Positions 1 to 10,334 of a stretch of 64,000 bases of DNA are shown here, piece after piece. A program made the position numbers and the translations under genes. Location: positions 5,800-69,799 of the forward strand of contig JBKSMY010000006.1 of the NCBI GenBank assembly GCA_046882065.1, read 5' to 3'. Position 1 is the first letter of the stretch, and every line of letters starts with the position of its first letter. The DNA comes from Alphaproteobacteria bacterium. Its GTDB lineage: Bacteria; Pseudomonadota; Alphaproteobacteria; Rs-D84. The notes below the pieces were generated by a model, which worked only from the letters and a program-made list of their open reading frames with translations, was not told the origin of the DNA and ran no database searches.

Positions 1-84
1 AAAAACTGAAAATCGCAAAAAGTAAGCAAACAAAAGATTCAATAGAATTTAACAAAAACCAACAAATCACTAGATAATAAAACA

Positions 85-108
85 CCGCCCAAATGGGCGG
101 TATTTTTA
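85..108. terminator. GC hairpin ccgccc-aaat-gggcgg with flanking T/A runs; bidirectional rho-independent terminator
   Basis: Stem-loop plus T-run seen directly; sits after stop of minus-strand ORF 122..523. Confidence 0.5.
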
Positions 109-121
109 TACAACATTATGA

Positions 122-523
122 TTAGTGTACGCGCGCCAGTTTAGACAGGTTAGCATTATATGCCGCGACGTTCGTACTGTACAGACGCGTCATTAGAACA
201 CGATTGTCTAATGCATGTTTGACCGCAGATATATCAGCCGCAGTCGCAAATGTCGCAACAGGTGCGTTAAAGGTTTTGTTTTTGACAACGATTTTAGAAA
301 TAACCTTTTCTGATTTATCTGTGAATATAACTTCTATTTTGAAATTATCGCCAACAGAATAATGCGCAATGCCATAAGAATAATCACGGGTGTTTTTCTG
401 GCCGTTTGCCGCCAAATCAACGCGACGAACATTACTGTTGTTAATCAATGTTAAAAACTGTTCTTTCATATACATTTCCTTTTTACGTCTTTGCCATGAT
501 ATTGTATAGTATTTACAGCGCAT
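122..523 (-). CDS. hypothetical protein (133 aa ORF; likely starts at internal MKEQ)
   Basis: ORF track only; no recognisable motifs. Confidence 0.35.
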   Translation of the reverse strand: MRCKYYTISWQRRKKEMYMKEQFLTLINNSNVRRVDLAANGQKNTRDYSYGIAHYSVGDNFKIEVIFTDKSEKVISKIVVKNKTFNAPVATFATAADISAVKHALDNRVLMTRLYSTNVAAYNANLSKLARVH

Positions 524-679
524 GTCTAGAAAAACAGCAATTATTTCTCTGTGCCTGGGGTTTTACTACGCAAAATGCGCGTAAGTAAGCCAGGATAAAA
601 ATTTCCCAAACATATTTTTCATTAACACTTGATAATTTGTTGCACCAAACTATAATATTGTCAACAAAAGGATTATTAA

Positions 680-1123
680 ATGGCAAGTTTAGAAGACTTT
701 ATGACACCAGAAGAACGCGTACAACAGATTGAACGCGATATGGCCGAGATAACAGATGACCTGTTGGTGTTGGCAGGCAAAGAACGCAGACGCACCGAAC
801 GACTGGTGGGCGGTACCCCAAATGGCATGGGGATGATGGTGCAGTTAAAGGAAAAGCCGCGTATTGATTTCAAATTAGAAATATACCCAAACGAAATCGA
901 AGAACCGCATTTCAAGGTTGTATATCAAAACGCCACATGTCGTTTCAAGATTGTTGACTGTATGCCAATGAAGGCTGAGGCAACACGCGGAATCCCAACG
1001 CAAATAAACAAGATTATGAAAGAAATCAAGGCAACATGGGAATCAAACTATGACGATATTGTCAAGGTGTGGGAACAGACCCGACCGACAGATAAAACCC
1101 TGGGACATCAAAAGATAAAGTAG
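680..1123 (+). CDS. hypothetical protein (147 aa)
   Basis: ORF followed by terminator hairpin at 1155-1180; no recognisable domain. Confidence 0.4.
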   Translation: MASLEDFMTPEERVQQIERDMAEITDDLLVLAGKERRRTERLVGGTPNGMGMMVQLKEKPRIDFKLEIYPNEIEEPHFKVVYQNATCRFKIVDCMPMKAEATRGIPTQINKIMKEIKATWESNYDDIVKVWEQTRPTDKTLGHQKIK

Positions 1124-1154
1124 TTATAATCTAAAAATAGATTCAAATAAAAAA

Positions 1155-1180
1155 ACCCCCGGTACGCCGGGGATTTTGTC
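1155..1180 (+). terminator. rho-independent terminator (cccccgg-tacg-ccgggg + T-run)
   Basis: Hairpin plus T tract immediately after 680..1123. Confidence 0.55.
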
Positions 1181-1222
1181 CAATATATGTTAGTTTTTTT
1201 GTTTTTTTAGTTCTGTCCAAAA

Positions 1223-2209
1223 TTAGAACTGAACATTCATGCGAACACCCAATTCAGCCTTGACATCTGTCCCGTTCTGGGATTGTTCATGCGCTGTATC
1301 GAATGTGTATTCGCCATAAACCGCAACCTGGGTTGTGTCAGTCAACTGATACGCAGCAGTCAGGTTCAATATATATTCATCAAACCCGTCGTTCATATCT
1401 TTAACACTTGCCAAAAAGCCCTGGAACTGTGGCACAGATAACAACATTGGATTAACATCTGTTGCCAAGCCTTCTACGCCATTGTCTGCGTGATGTTTAT
1501 ATGTAAAACCACCACCAAAAGACCAGCGGTCATCCATTTGATAGAACGCCTTTAAGCCTGCATTAACTTCGGTCGTAGATTTCAAATCAACAGAGATTTC
1601 ATCTGGCAACAACCCATGGAACAAAGGAGCAATTGCAGAAACATCAATGCTGTTATTATCATTACCAAATGTACGCAGAACTTCTACGAAACCGGCCGCG
1701 CTGAATTTAGACCATGTGCGACCAACCAAAGTTCCAACATGGAATCCCCAGCGACCATTTGAATAGTTATCGTATGTAAAGCCATTCGCGGCATATGAAC
1801 CAGACATTTCACTGATTCCGCCCAACTGTGCGTCGGCATACAAATCCCATGCCCAACCTGTGTCTGTGTCAATGGCACGGTATTTTAACCCAGCGCGCCC
1901 CAGGTGCATACCCTTGCGATCAATGTCGCCGTCGTGGGTATAACCGAATTTCGCGTACGCTTCCAGGTTGTCTAAAATACCATATCCCAATTCTTCGTGC
2001 AAACGCCAGATTGGAAATTCTGTTGCGCCATCATGATTCTTTTTAACATGTGCGTCTGAATCATCTGCGATTTTATACATTACGCCCGCAGATGTTTTGG
2101 AATATACCGCGCCCTGTTTAGGCATATATAACGGATTTTCCAAGTTGGCCGCAATCGCAGGTGCCGCAAAAACGGACAAAGCAACTGCTGTACTGATAGT
2201 TTTTTTCAT
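1223..2209 (-). CDS. outer-membrane beta-barrel protein (porin/OMP-like) with signal peptide
   Basis: N-terminus MKKTISTAVALSVFAAPAIAA is a signal peptide. The C-terminus ends in Phe (..VRMNVQF) as in OMP beta-barrels. Residues alternate hydrophobic and polar. RBS aggag lies upstream of the ATG at 2209. Confidence 0.55.
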   Translation of the reverse strand: MKKTISTAVALSVFAAPAIAANLENPLYMPKQGAVYSKTSAGVMYKIADDSDAHVKKNHDGATEFPIWRLHEELGYGILDNLEAYAKFGYTHDGDIDRKGMHLGRAGLKYRAIDTDTGWAWDLYADAQLGGISEMSGSYAANGFTYDNYSNGRWGFHVGTLVGRTWSKFSAAGFVEVLRTFGNDNNSIDVSAIAPLFHGLLPDEISVDLKSTTEVNAGLKAFYQMDDRWSFGGGFTYKHHADNGVEGLATDVNPMLLSVPQFQGFLASVKDMNDGFDEYILNLTAAYQLTDTTQVAVYGEYTFDTAHEQSQNGTDVKAELGVRMNVQF

Positions 2210-2466
2210 CGTATTAACTCCTTGTAGTTTGATGAAATGCCACACCCCCATTATTGGCAAGATGCGGGTTCATATCCATACCGCCCATTCTTGGCAACAG
2301 TATGTTTTTGCGATATGAACATCTGTATTGTTGCACCAGATTAGGACAGATGTCAAAAAATCTTTTTTCTTGACATAGGGGACTTGAAAAGATATGGGGC
2401 GGAACTATATATATGTAATGCGGGGGATGGGCGCAGAACTTCGATAAAAAACCAAAGGAGTTCGTT

Positions 2467-3450
2467 ATGGAAAAGCAACAGAATATAGCGCAGGCGCAAG
2501 AAAAATTCGTTATTCATTTGGATGCAAATATCGCAAAAATAGTGTTGCCATTTGACCGCAAAGAATTAGCGGCGGCATATCTGCAATTATTTTCGGGATT
2601 TGCATGGGTGAATTGGACCAACAAACATTCACTTGGGCGCGCATGGCAGACCGCACTTGAACAATGTGGCGCGTTCGCGGAAACAAAAAACAAAAAGAAT
2701 CCAGCAGCAAAATATCTGAACAATGTGTACAGCGCACACAAAAAATACTGGTCGCGCGTAATCATGACGCATGGCGAACGCGACAATACGATTAACCCAG
2801 AAGAACCAAAAATCAAACAACTGCGTGCGCATGGCGAAAAAATGATTCGCGAAGCAATGGATAAGATCAATCTGATTTTGGCGCGATATAATGAACGCAC
2901 CGAAGAGTTAATCGCAACGCAAGCAAAAGAAAAAACACAAATGCATGCGACGGCACAGGCGCAGGAACAGGCAAAGATGGCGATGCCTGAACAAGCAAAA
3001 CAACAAAATGCAAAATCGGTGGCGGCGCCGGCACAACAATCGGGTGCATTTGCCATGGTACGCGACGCGGTCAAAAAACCTGCAACTGTGGTTGCTGATA
3101 AACCTGTGGATACGCCGACGGCGGTTGCAAAACCAGCCGAAGTAAAGCCAATCGAGAAAAAGCAAGAACAGCCACAGGTCAAGACAAAAGTTGCGCAGGA
3201 AAAGAAGCCAATTGTTCATCACATGGCAAAACCAGTCGCGGCACCGGTCAAGAAATCGGGCGCTTTGCCGGCCGTACGCGATAATGTCAAACAGCCGAAC
3301 ATTGTTAAAAGCGAAGAAAAAGTCAAAGAATTTCAAGCAGGACAACAACGTCTGGAAATTAGTGCGGAACAACGTGCACAAATGCAGTTGAAGTTCCAAC
3401 AGCAAATCCAGATGTGGCAAATTGGACAATACAGACAAAACGCAGCATGA
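2467..3450 (+). CDS. Lys/Ala/Gln-rich low-complexity protein with internal ~30-aa duplication (AKSVAAPAQQSGAFAMVRDAVKKPA / AKPVAAPVKKSGALPAVRDNVKQPN)
   Basis: Repeats visible in the translation; RBS aaaggag before the ATG at 2467; terminator at 3483-3508. Confidence 0.5.
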   Translation: MEKQQNIAQAQEKFVIHLDANIAKIVLPFDRKELAAAYLQLFSGFAWVNWTNKHSLGRAWQTALEQCGAFAETKNKKNPAAKYLNNVYSAHKKYWSRVIMTHGERDNTINPEEPKIKQLRAHGEKMIREAMDKINLILARYNERTEELIATQAKEKTQMHATAQAQEQAKMAMPEQAKQQNAKSVAAPAQQSGAFAMVRDAVKKPATVVADKPVDTPTAVAKPAEVKPIEKKQEQPQVKTKVAQEKKPIVHHMAKPVAAPVKKSGALPAVRDNVKQPNIVKSEEKVKEFQAGQQRLEISAEQRAQMQLKFQQQIQMWQIGQYRQNAA

Positions 3451-3482
3451 CTTAGGAGTCAGTAATGGATTTTGATTTTGAA

Positions 3483-3508
3483 AAAACCGGGAACTGTCCC
3501 GGTTTTTA
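3483..3508. terminator. bidirectional terminator between convergent genes
   Basis: aaaaaaccgggaactgtcccggttttt hairpin with A and T runs on both sides. Confidence 0.55.
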
Positions 3509-4888
3509 TCTGTCATAAATGACAGGGGTTTTATTTATCGTGTAAATGCGCCCGTCATTCTCAATATTATGATATATATACAACACATTTGATGCGCCGT
3601 CCTGGGTTAACCAGGGATTATAATAACCAATGATTTGGCGCGTTGCGTTATGCGGAAATACCGAACGAAATGTGTTATCAAATACACGAGAATATTTATC
3701 TTCAAATTCAGGTGATACAACCATATTCATCGCAACAATACCATTTGGCGCAATACGCGACTTTAATCGTTCCATAAATTCCGCCGTTATCATAGACTCG
3801 GGTACCTGATACGAATTAGAATACACGTCCAGCAATATAAAGTCATACTGTTCTGCTGTGTTCTTTAAGAACTGGCTGGCATCGGCAACAATAAACTTTT
3901 TATTCGGAGTTAATTTTTGATTCAAAAAGTGATTTTCTGAAACGTCTTTTAATGTGTGCTCGATATCAATAAAGGTATAGTCGTTACGCGTGTCGTTAAG
4001 CCCCAGGGTAAAGCCCCCTGCCCCCAGAACCAGAATTTTATAAGACTTGTCTTTGGGCATATTGTATATAAAATGCGCGTTCAGATAATTTACATACTTC
4101 GCTGTGTCGCCATTCTTATAATTATATACAGACATAGGCAAGCCATTCATATATAAAATACGTTCATCTTGTATATCTGATACCAAAATCGTAGAATTGG
4201 CATTGTTCACAATGATGCCGTATTTTTCACGCTGGTATTTATTACTGTTGACGTAAAACGATCCAATCAAAACCATCACACAGATTAACCACACCCACCA
4301 GCGACGCGACAATACCAACGCACCAATCACCGCAAGAATAGTTATCAAAACAACTGTGTAATTTACACCAAGAAACGGCATTAACAGCAATGTTGTTGCA
4401 ATCGAACCAAATACAGACCCAATTGTATCCCATGCCATTATGTTACCCGTACAATTTTTGTTATATGCATGCAACTGGCGCGATAACAAGGTTGTATTAA
4501 AACCAAACAAAAATGGCCCCGCGGACAAGAATATCAGTGAATAGATAAATGTTTGGATTGCACCTGAATGAATACCACCCGCATACATCCATGTGAAATA
4601 CTTTGTGATAAGTGGGAAACTGGCCGCAAACATGGATAAGATTGCAATAATTAAAAAACTAAAATTCAATATTTTGCGGATTTTTTTGTCGTCTATTTTC
4701 TGGGATTCGCCCATAAAATACCCCAGCGACATAAAGCCCAAGAATATCGCCATAATAATACTGGTGATAACAGCACTTGACCCGACATAGAATGACAACT
4801 GGCGCAGGACCGACAATTCCAAAGATAAACTAACATAGCCATTCAAAAAGATTAAAAACACCAATGCTGTGCGCGATAATTTATGCAT
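3506..4888 (-). CDS. membrane-anchored spermidine synthase-like (polyamine aminopropyltransferase family) protein
   Basis: N-terminal half is polytopic membrane. C-terminal half carries the class-I SAM-binding-like motif KILVLGAGGFTLG and the acidic DFILLDVYS typical of spermidine/spermine synthases. Start placed at second Met (MHKLS), which has a gggggaagg RBS. Confidence 0.55.
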   Translation of the reverse strand: MHKLSRTALVFLIFLNGYVSLSLELSVLRQLSFYVGSSAVITSIIMAIFLGFMSLGYFMGESQKIDDKKIRKILNFSFLIIAILSMFAASFPLITKYFTWMYAGGIHSGAIQTFIYSLIFLSAGPFLFGFNTTLLSRQLHAYNKNCTGNIMAWDTIGSVFGSIATTLLLMPFLGVNYTVVLITILAVIGALVLSRRWWVWLICVMVLIGSFYVNSNKYQREKYGIIVNNANSTILVSDIQDERILYMNGLPMSVYNYKNGDTAKYVNYLNAHFIYNMPKDKSYKILVLGAGGFTLGLNDTRNDYTFIDIEHTLKDVSENHFLNQKLTPNKKFIVADASQFLKNTAEQYDFILLDVYSNSYQVPESMITAEFMERLKSRIAPNGIVAMNMVVSPEFEDKYSRVFDNTFRSVFPHNATRQIIGYYNPWLTQDGASNVLYIYHNIENDGRIYTINKTPVIYDR

Positions 4889-4953
4889 ACCTTCCCCCTG
4901 AGACATATACGGTTAATCTTAGTAAAAAAAAAGCAAGGAACGCAATGGATTTT

Positions 4954-5259
4954 TTAATGCGCATTCATTAAACGAATATCGTCAAATTCGGAAAAACGAT
5001 TAAACATCGCACGCGCAAACGGACACAGAGCAATAACGTGACGGTGCTGGGCACGAGCCATGTTGGCAACGTTGCGAACCAACGTCAATCCAATGTTTTG
5101 GTGCCTGTATTCAGGCGCAACATCTGTGTAATCAATTATTAATTTATCCGCCCCAACACGAACAAACGTTATTTCACCAATTTTGACGCCTGCGACAAAG
5201 GCTTCGAAGCCATCGCGTGTTTCTGATAAAAAATACTGAACAACTTCTGCCATATACAC
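4954..5259 (-). CDS. small GNAT-family acetyltransferase-like protein
   Basis: ~100 aa with a GNAT-like core (..RHQNIGLTLVRNV..); weak call. Confidence 0.4.
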   Translation of the reverse strand: MYMAEVVQYFLSETRDGFEAFVAGVKIGEITFVRVGADKLIIDYTDVAPEYRHQNIGLTLVRNVANMARAQHRHVIALCPFARAMFNRFSEFDDIRLMNAH

Positions 5260-5309
5260 AATATATCACGGGGGATTTAATTTGTGTATCGGACTGTATT
5301 CAAGGCATA

Positions 5310-6506
5310 CTAGCGGCCACGGATATGGCGCGTCAACTGCCACGCCACAGCGGACGACAACAGAATTGCCGCCGTTATCACAACCAGATACCAACGCAAC
5401 CAACTATAACCACCGAATACACCAATGTATATCAGCCCTGTAAAGCCAATCCATCGACCAATAAATAAGGCAAAATCACGGAAAACAAAATACTCGACCT
5501 TGTGGTTGGCGGTGATACAGCGTGAATGAGACAAATTAAACACATTTACAGAAACAATCTGGTCCATCAAAATCATGGCGGTTGAATATATCAAATTATA
5601 GAACAGGAATGTAATCGGCGTTGTCGTGTACACAAATAAAGATATCGCGACCAATGTCAATAACATTGAACCTGTTAGTATGTATGGATAGTATTTTTTG
5701 CAGCCCCAACGACCAAACGCCCATGATGTGACAATAGAAAATATTGCGAAAATGGTCGTAAATATACCCAGATTCAAATCTGTCTGGAACATATATACTG
5801 TATACATTGTGATAACCGTATTCAGCAAACCAACCCCAAAACCACGCAAAATTTCCATAGCGAACATTTCTCGAATAACACGAAAGCGCATCATACAGCG
5901 AAAAAATCCAACAAAGTCAATTGGAGTACGACTGCGATGGCGCGATGGAGTCAGCATAAATGTAAGCCCTAACTCTATAATCGATAACCCGAACAGAACA
6001 TAGGCGATGTTTGTATATGACCCCATGTCAATAAAAACACCCAAAACAACAGGGGTTATAATTTTAGTAAGATAAATTACCGTGTTTTTAATGCCTATGA
6101 ATCGATTCATAACGGCAGGTGTGCCCTTTTCCCCGACCATGGCATTCATTGGCAAATGGTACATAGCAGACCCAATGCCGTACAGCAGCCCCAGCGGAAT
6201 CAGATAATCTACCACGCGATCGCCCAACAACATAATCGCCAGCAACAGCGCAATTTTCGGAATCAAATTCAGGGAAAAAACAGAGACCTTGTTATAGCGT
6301 TTACACCAATGCGCAAAAATAAAGAAACCAGCACAGGTCGCCGCATATTCAAACAATCTGTATGTCGAAACAGCGATAATTTCGCTGGATGACAGGTGCA
6401 TGATGAAAGATACCAAAAACGTGCCCAGGAACAGGTCTGTAATGTTGCGCAAGGCAGAAAAAACAATCAACAGACGCAAATCGCGTGATAATTTTGGTAT
6501 AATCAT
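5310..6506 (-). CDS. MFS-type transporter (12 predicted TM segments)
   Basis: 398 aa, hydrophobic throughout with paired 6-TM halves. Confidence 0.55.
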   Translation of the reverse strand: MIIPKLSRDLRLLIVFSALRNITDLFLGTFLVSFIMHLSSSEIIAVSTYRLFEYAATCAGFFIFAHWCKRYNKVSVFSLNLIPKIALLLAIMLLGDRVVDYLIPLGLLYGIGSAMYHLPMNAMVGEKGTPAVMNRFIGIKNTVIYLTKIITPVVLGVFIDMGSYTNIAYVLFGLSIIELGLTFMLTPSRHRSRTPIDFVGFFRCMMRFRVIREMFAMEILRGFGVGLLNTVITMYTVYMFQTDLNLGIFTTIFAIFSIVTSWAFGRWGCKKYYPYILTGSMLLTLVAISLFVYTTTPITFLFYNLIYSTAMILMDQIVSVNVFNLSHSRCITANHKVEYFVFRDFALFIGRWIGFTGLIYIGVFGGYSWLRWYLVVITAAILLSSAVAWQLTRHIRGR

Positions 6507-6600
6507 GGGAAACTCTCTCTGGGGTGAAATTATATCATAAAAAACCCAGGAAATGAATCATTATATGAAAAATTTGACATGTATGGGCGACTGGACTATA

Positions 6601-6729
6601 ATGCGAGGCATGAAAAAAGCACTAATTGGATTTGTCGTTGTGTCAATTTTGGCATTGGCGGGTTGCGGGGTAAAATCCGACCTGGCGCGACCAGACGCGT
6701 CGTTCCCACGCGACTATCCTGTGTATTAA
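6601..6729 (+). CDS. small lipoprotein (42 aa)
   Basis: MRGMKKALIGFVVVSILALAGCGV.. has a lipobox LAGC; not in the ORF track because <60 aa. Confidence 0.35.
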   Translation: MRGMKKALIGFVVVSILALAGCGVKSDLARPDASFPRDYPVY

Positions 6730-6777
6730 AGAACTGCGGGTATGGCGACTATGAAATGCCGTCATATCCACGATTTT

Positions 6778-6862
<85 letters not shown>

Positions 6863-6945
6863 AATACAAAACAGTATAAAAAATACTTGATTTGGCGAAA
6901 AAAATAACTTAATATACTGCGCATAATAAATAAAAGGCGAATAAA

Positions 6946-7125
6946 ATGGCATCTAAAAAAGGCAGCAAAGAAGTTGTACAGTTGAGAAATAACGAAACTG
7001 GTGTCTTCTATATTACTACAAAAAACACTAAGTCTGAAAATACTCAGGGCAAAATGAAATTCCGTAAGTACGACAAGAAATTGCGCAAGCATGTCGTTAT
7101 GACTGAAGCAAAGGTTTCACACTAA
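6946..7125 (+). CDS. rpmG: 50S ribosomal protein L33
   Basis: MASKKGSKEVVQLRNNETGVFYITTKNTKSENTQGKMKFRKYDKKLRKHVVMTEAKVSH matches the L33 consensus (..YxTxKN..KLxLxKYDPxxRKHV..). Missed by the ORF track (<60 aa). Confidence 0.85.
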   Translation: MASKKGSKEVVQLRNNETGVFYITTKNTKSENTQGKMKFRKYDKKLRKHVVMTEAKVSH

Positions 7126-7154
7126 ATATATACCTTGTGTATCAGATTAGATTT

Positions 7155-7178
7155 AGCCCCGCAATCGCGGGGCTTTTA
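7155..7178 (+). terminator. rho-independent terminator after rpmG (gccccgcaatcgcggggc + T-run)
   Basis: Perfect hairpin plus TTTTAT; the same hairpin core recurs at 24291. Confidence 0.6.
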
Positions 7179-7249
7179 TGTGTGTTGGTGGCTTGACATA
7201 AAGTAATTTTATTCTTAAGATAAGCATTGCACAATTTAAGGGGTTAGGC

Positions 7250-8359
7250 ATGCCAAAAATTTCAGTTATTGTTCCATGTTATAATGTTGCACCGTATATT
7301 GGGGCCTGTCTGGATTCGTTAATCAATCAAACCCTGGACGATATTGAAATTATCTGCGTTGACGATAAATCAACCGATAATACACTTGCGATTATCAAGG
7401 AACGCATACCGCAGGATTCGCGCATCAAAATAATTGAATTACCGAAAAATTCGGGCGTATCGGTTGCGCGTAATACAGGCATAGACGCAGCCACGGGTGA
7501 ATATGTTGGCTTTGTTGACCCCGACGACTATGTAGATTTAGATTTTTATAAAAAATTGTATGAAGCGGCAACACTTGAAAATGCCGATATTGCCAAGGCG
7601 AACTTAACCGTAATTAATGTGGATGGGGTTCATACTGTGGGACGACTGAACCGCTTTGTTAAACAAGATAAATTGAATTTTCAGTATGAGTTTACATCCG
7701 CAATTTATAAAAAAGAATTCTTGGACGAACACAATCTGCGATTTTTGCCAGGGGTGTCAATTGGCGAAGATGTGAATTGGCAGATTAAAGCGGCATATCT
7801 GGCAAATAAAATACCTGTGATTGATGAAGTTTCTTATTTTTATGTTAGACGAACCGATTCCGCGTATTGCCAGTTTCTGACCCGCGCAAAAATAGAAAAG
7901 GTGTGCAGTGCATCACAAGATTTGCTGACCTGGACAAACAATCAGACAGATATAACATTTTCAGATTATATGAATATCATGCGTTCGGTTTATGCGTTGA
8001 TGTTGAATAATATTCCTAAATCAATGACATACCAGGACAAAGAGTATATAGCACGCTGCGTTATCAACGCATATCGTGATACAAGATATCAACAAGATGC
8101 ATTAAAAAGAAATTTTAAAAAGCACTCGCGCAGACCTGTTGCGCATGGGCAGGTTGATGAAATTATAAAAACTTTGGCATATCAGAAAAGAAGATACAAA
8201 CTGTTTGGCAAATTACCAATTATCAAGGTATTACACGCACCAAATCAGGAATACAAATTGATTCTGTTTGATTTAATAACAATATTCAAGTGCGTGCGCG
8301 GACAGTATAACGACCGATTTTATATTTGCGGAATAGAAGTTATGAAAGTTGCCCACTAA
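7250..8359 (+). CDS. family-2 glycosyltransferase
   Basis: N-terminus MPKISVIVPCYNVAPYIGACLDSLINQTLDDIEIICVDDKSTD with downstream DPDD is a classic GT2 (GT-A) signature. Confidence 0.75.
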   Translation: MPKISVIVPCYNVAPYIGACLDSLINQTLDDIEIICVDDKSTDNTLAIIKERIPQDSRIKIIELPKNSGVSVARNTGIDAATGEYVGFVDPDDYVDLDFYKKLYEAATLENADIAKANLTVINVDGVHTVGRLNRFVKQDKLNFQYEFTSAIYKKEFLDEHNLRFLPGVSIGEDVNWQIKAAYLANKIPVIDEVSYFYVRRTDSAYCQFLTRAKIEKVCSASQDLLTWTNNQTDITFSDYMNIMRSVYALMLNNIPKSMTYQDKEYIARCVINAYRDTRYQQDALKRNFKKHSRRPVAHGQVDEIIKTLAYQKRRYKLFGKLPIIKVLHAPNQEYKLILFDLITIFKCVRGQYNDRFYICGIEVMKVAH

Positions 8360-8374
8360 CGCAAGGAGAAAACC

Positions 8375-10324
8375 ATGGCAAAACTGGCGGTAATTGTCCC
8401 TGTTTATAATGTCGAACCGTATATCAAGGACTGTATGAATTCGCTGATACAGCAGACTATGCACGACATTGACATTATTTGTGTTGATGACTGTGGGACA
8501 GATAAATCAATGAAAATTGTAGAACAATTTGCCCAACAGGATAAACGCATCAAGATTGTTCATAACGATAAAAACAGCGGACTGTCAGAAAGCCGAAACA
8601 ACGGTGTGCGGGCGTGTAATGCAGAATATATTATGTTCTGTGATTCTGATGATTTCTTTGCGCCGGATATGTGTGAAAAAATGTATAACGCAATTACGGC
8701 AGACGGTGCAGACTTGGCAATTTGTGGCACCGAAGTAATTTACGAGGCAGACCACGACCAAAAGCAATCTGATGATGCATATTTCGCAGTACGACATAAT
8801 GGCACAATGGAAAAAGATATGGACATTATGCGTTGGTACGCGGTGTGTGCGTGGAACAAAATATATAAACGCGAAATTATGACAAAGTACGACGTTTGGT
8901 TCCCACGCGGATTAAAATATGAAGATGAATTTTTTTATCCTGCATATCTGACATATACGCACAAAATCGCATTTGTGCCGGAAAAACTGTACAAATATCG
9001 CCGACGCGCAGGTTCTATTATGAACACCACGTTCAGTCAGAAACACAAACTGAATACAGATAGTTTGAAAATTGCCATTGCATACTGGGATTGGACAGCA
9101 ACACATGATTCAATTGGCGATAATGTTGACTGGTACTGGATTCATATGTTTGTCAAAATGTTTGAAGGCGCACTGAATAAAAATACGCCCGATAACTGGG
9201 ACACATTGTATGATATGGCAAACGATTTTATAAAAAAACACTATAATCCCATGGATGTTTCTTTTCATACTATGTGCGCAATGAATAATATCATCAAAAG
9301 ACACCCGCCCAAGAAAATGTATATTGGGGGTCTGATTCGCGTTCATACCGCACCATTAAAGCGTGAGTGGTGCATTTGCAAAACACCCGTGTGGAAGATT
9401 AAACGTCTGCAAACAAAAAACAAATATTATCTGTTTGGGATTCGTGTGGCACACAAAAAAATTAAACCCAAATTCCCAAAACCACGGAAAATTATCGAAT
9501 TACCAATTGACAATTCGCAATTGTTGCAGGAATTGCGGAAAATTGGTCGTTTTACATATATTCCGAACCCTGGGAACGCGGGTGACATGCTGATTGCGTC
9601 TGCGACAATGGGATTTTTTGATAAACATAAAATCCCATATGATACTTACACACCAAACGCCAATTTAGATGCGGTTGTTTATGGTGGCGGTGGTATTTGG
9701 ACCGCGGATTACAAAAAAGATTGGATGAATCATTTGGATTTATTTAGGAACGCCCGCAAGATTATCATATTGCCCAGTTCGTTTAATAACTGTCCAGAAC
9801 TGATTGATGCGCTGGACGAACGATTTGTTGTTTTTTGTCGCGAAAAACGCAGTTATGAATATCTGATGGCCGCAAACACACGGGCAACAATTTTACTGGA
9901 CCACGATATGGCTTTCCGTATGACGAAACAAATGTTGTTATCAAAACACACACTTTCGCCCAAAATGATAAAGACTTTGTTGAACATATCGTGGGAAAAT
10001 ATTCCAAAACGCGCACGCTTTATGCGCGTTGACCGTGAAAGCGCAGGCAAGTACAACAGCGATTTGGATGTATCTGATTTGGCAGGTGGATATTTTACAG
10101 ACAATCGGCAATGGATTGATTTTTGTGCCACATTGATGTTAGCGGTTGTAAATTGTGCAGACGTCGTTGTTACAGACAGACTGCACGTCGCGATTGCAGG
10201 ACTGTTGACAAGGAAAAAAGTTTATATGTTGGATAATACATACGGCAAACTGTCAGCCGTGTACGAACATTCAATGAAACAATTTGAAAACGTACATTTT
10301 TGTACAACTATGCCGGAATTATAG
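8375..10324 (+). CDS. bifunctional GT2 glycosyltransferase / polysaccharide pyruvyl-transferase (CsaB/WcaK-like) fusion
   Basis: N-terminus has a GT2 signature (VIVPVYNVEPYIKDCMNSLIQQT..IICVDDCGTD..DSDD). C-terminal ~300 aa has PS_pyruv_trans-like motifs (IPNPGNAGDMLIA .. GGGG .. TDRLHVAIAG). Confidence 0.6.
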   Translation: MAKLAVIVPVYNVEPYIKDCMNSLIQQTMHDIDIICVDDCGTDKSMKIVEQFAQQDKRIKIVHNDKNSGLSESRNNGVRACNAEYIMFCDSDDFFAPDMCEKMYNAITADGADLAICGTEVIYEADHDQKQSDDAYFAVRHNGTMEKDMDIMRWYAVCAWNKIYKREIMTKYDVWFPRGLKYEDEFFYPAYLTYTHKIAFVPEKLYKYRRRAGSIMNTTFSQKHKLNTDSLKIAIAYWDWTATHDSIGDNVDWYWIHMFVKMFEGALNKNTPDNWDTLYDMANDFIKKHYNPMDVSFHTMCAMNNIIKRHPPKKMYIGGLIRVHTAPLKREWCICKTPVWKIKRLQTKNKYYLFGIRVAHKKIKPKFPKPRKIIELPIDNSQLLQELRKIGRFTYIPNPGNAGDMLIASATMGFFDKHKIPYDTYTPNANLDAVVYGGGGIWTADYKKDWMNHLDLFRNARKIIILPSSFNNCPELIDALDERFVVFCREKRSYEYLMAANTRATILLDHDMAFRMTKQMLLSKHTLSPKMIKTLLNISWENIPKRARFMRVDRESAGKYNSDLDVSDLAGGYFTDNRQWIDFCATLMLAVVNCADVVVTDRLHVAIAGLLTRKKVYMLDNTYGKLSAVYEHSMKQFENVHFCTTMPEL

Positions 10325-10334
10325 GAGTTAGACT

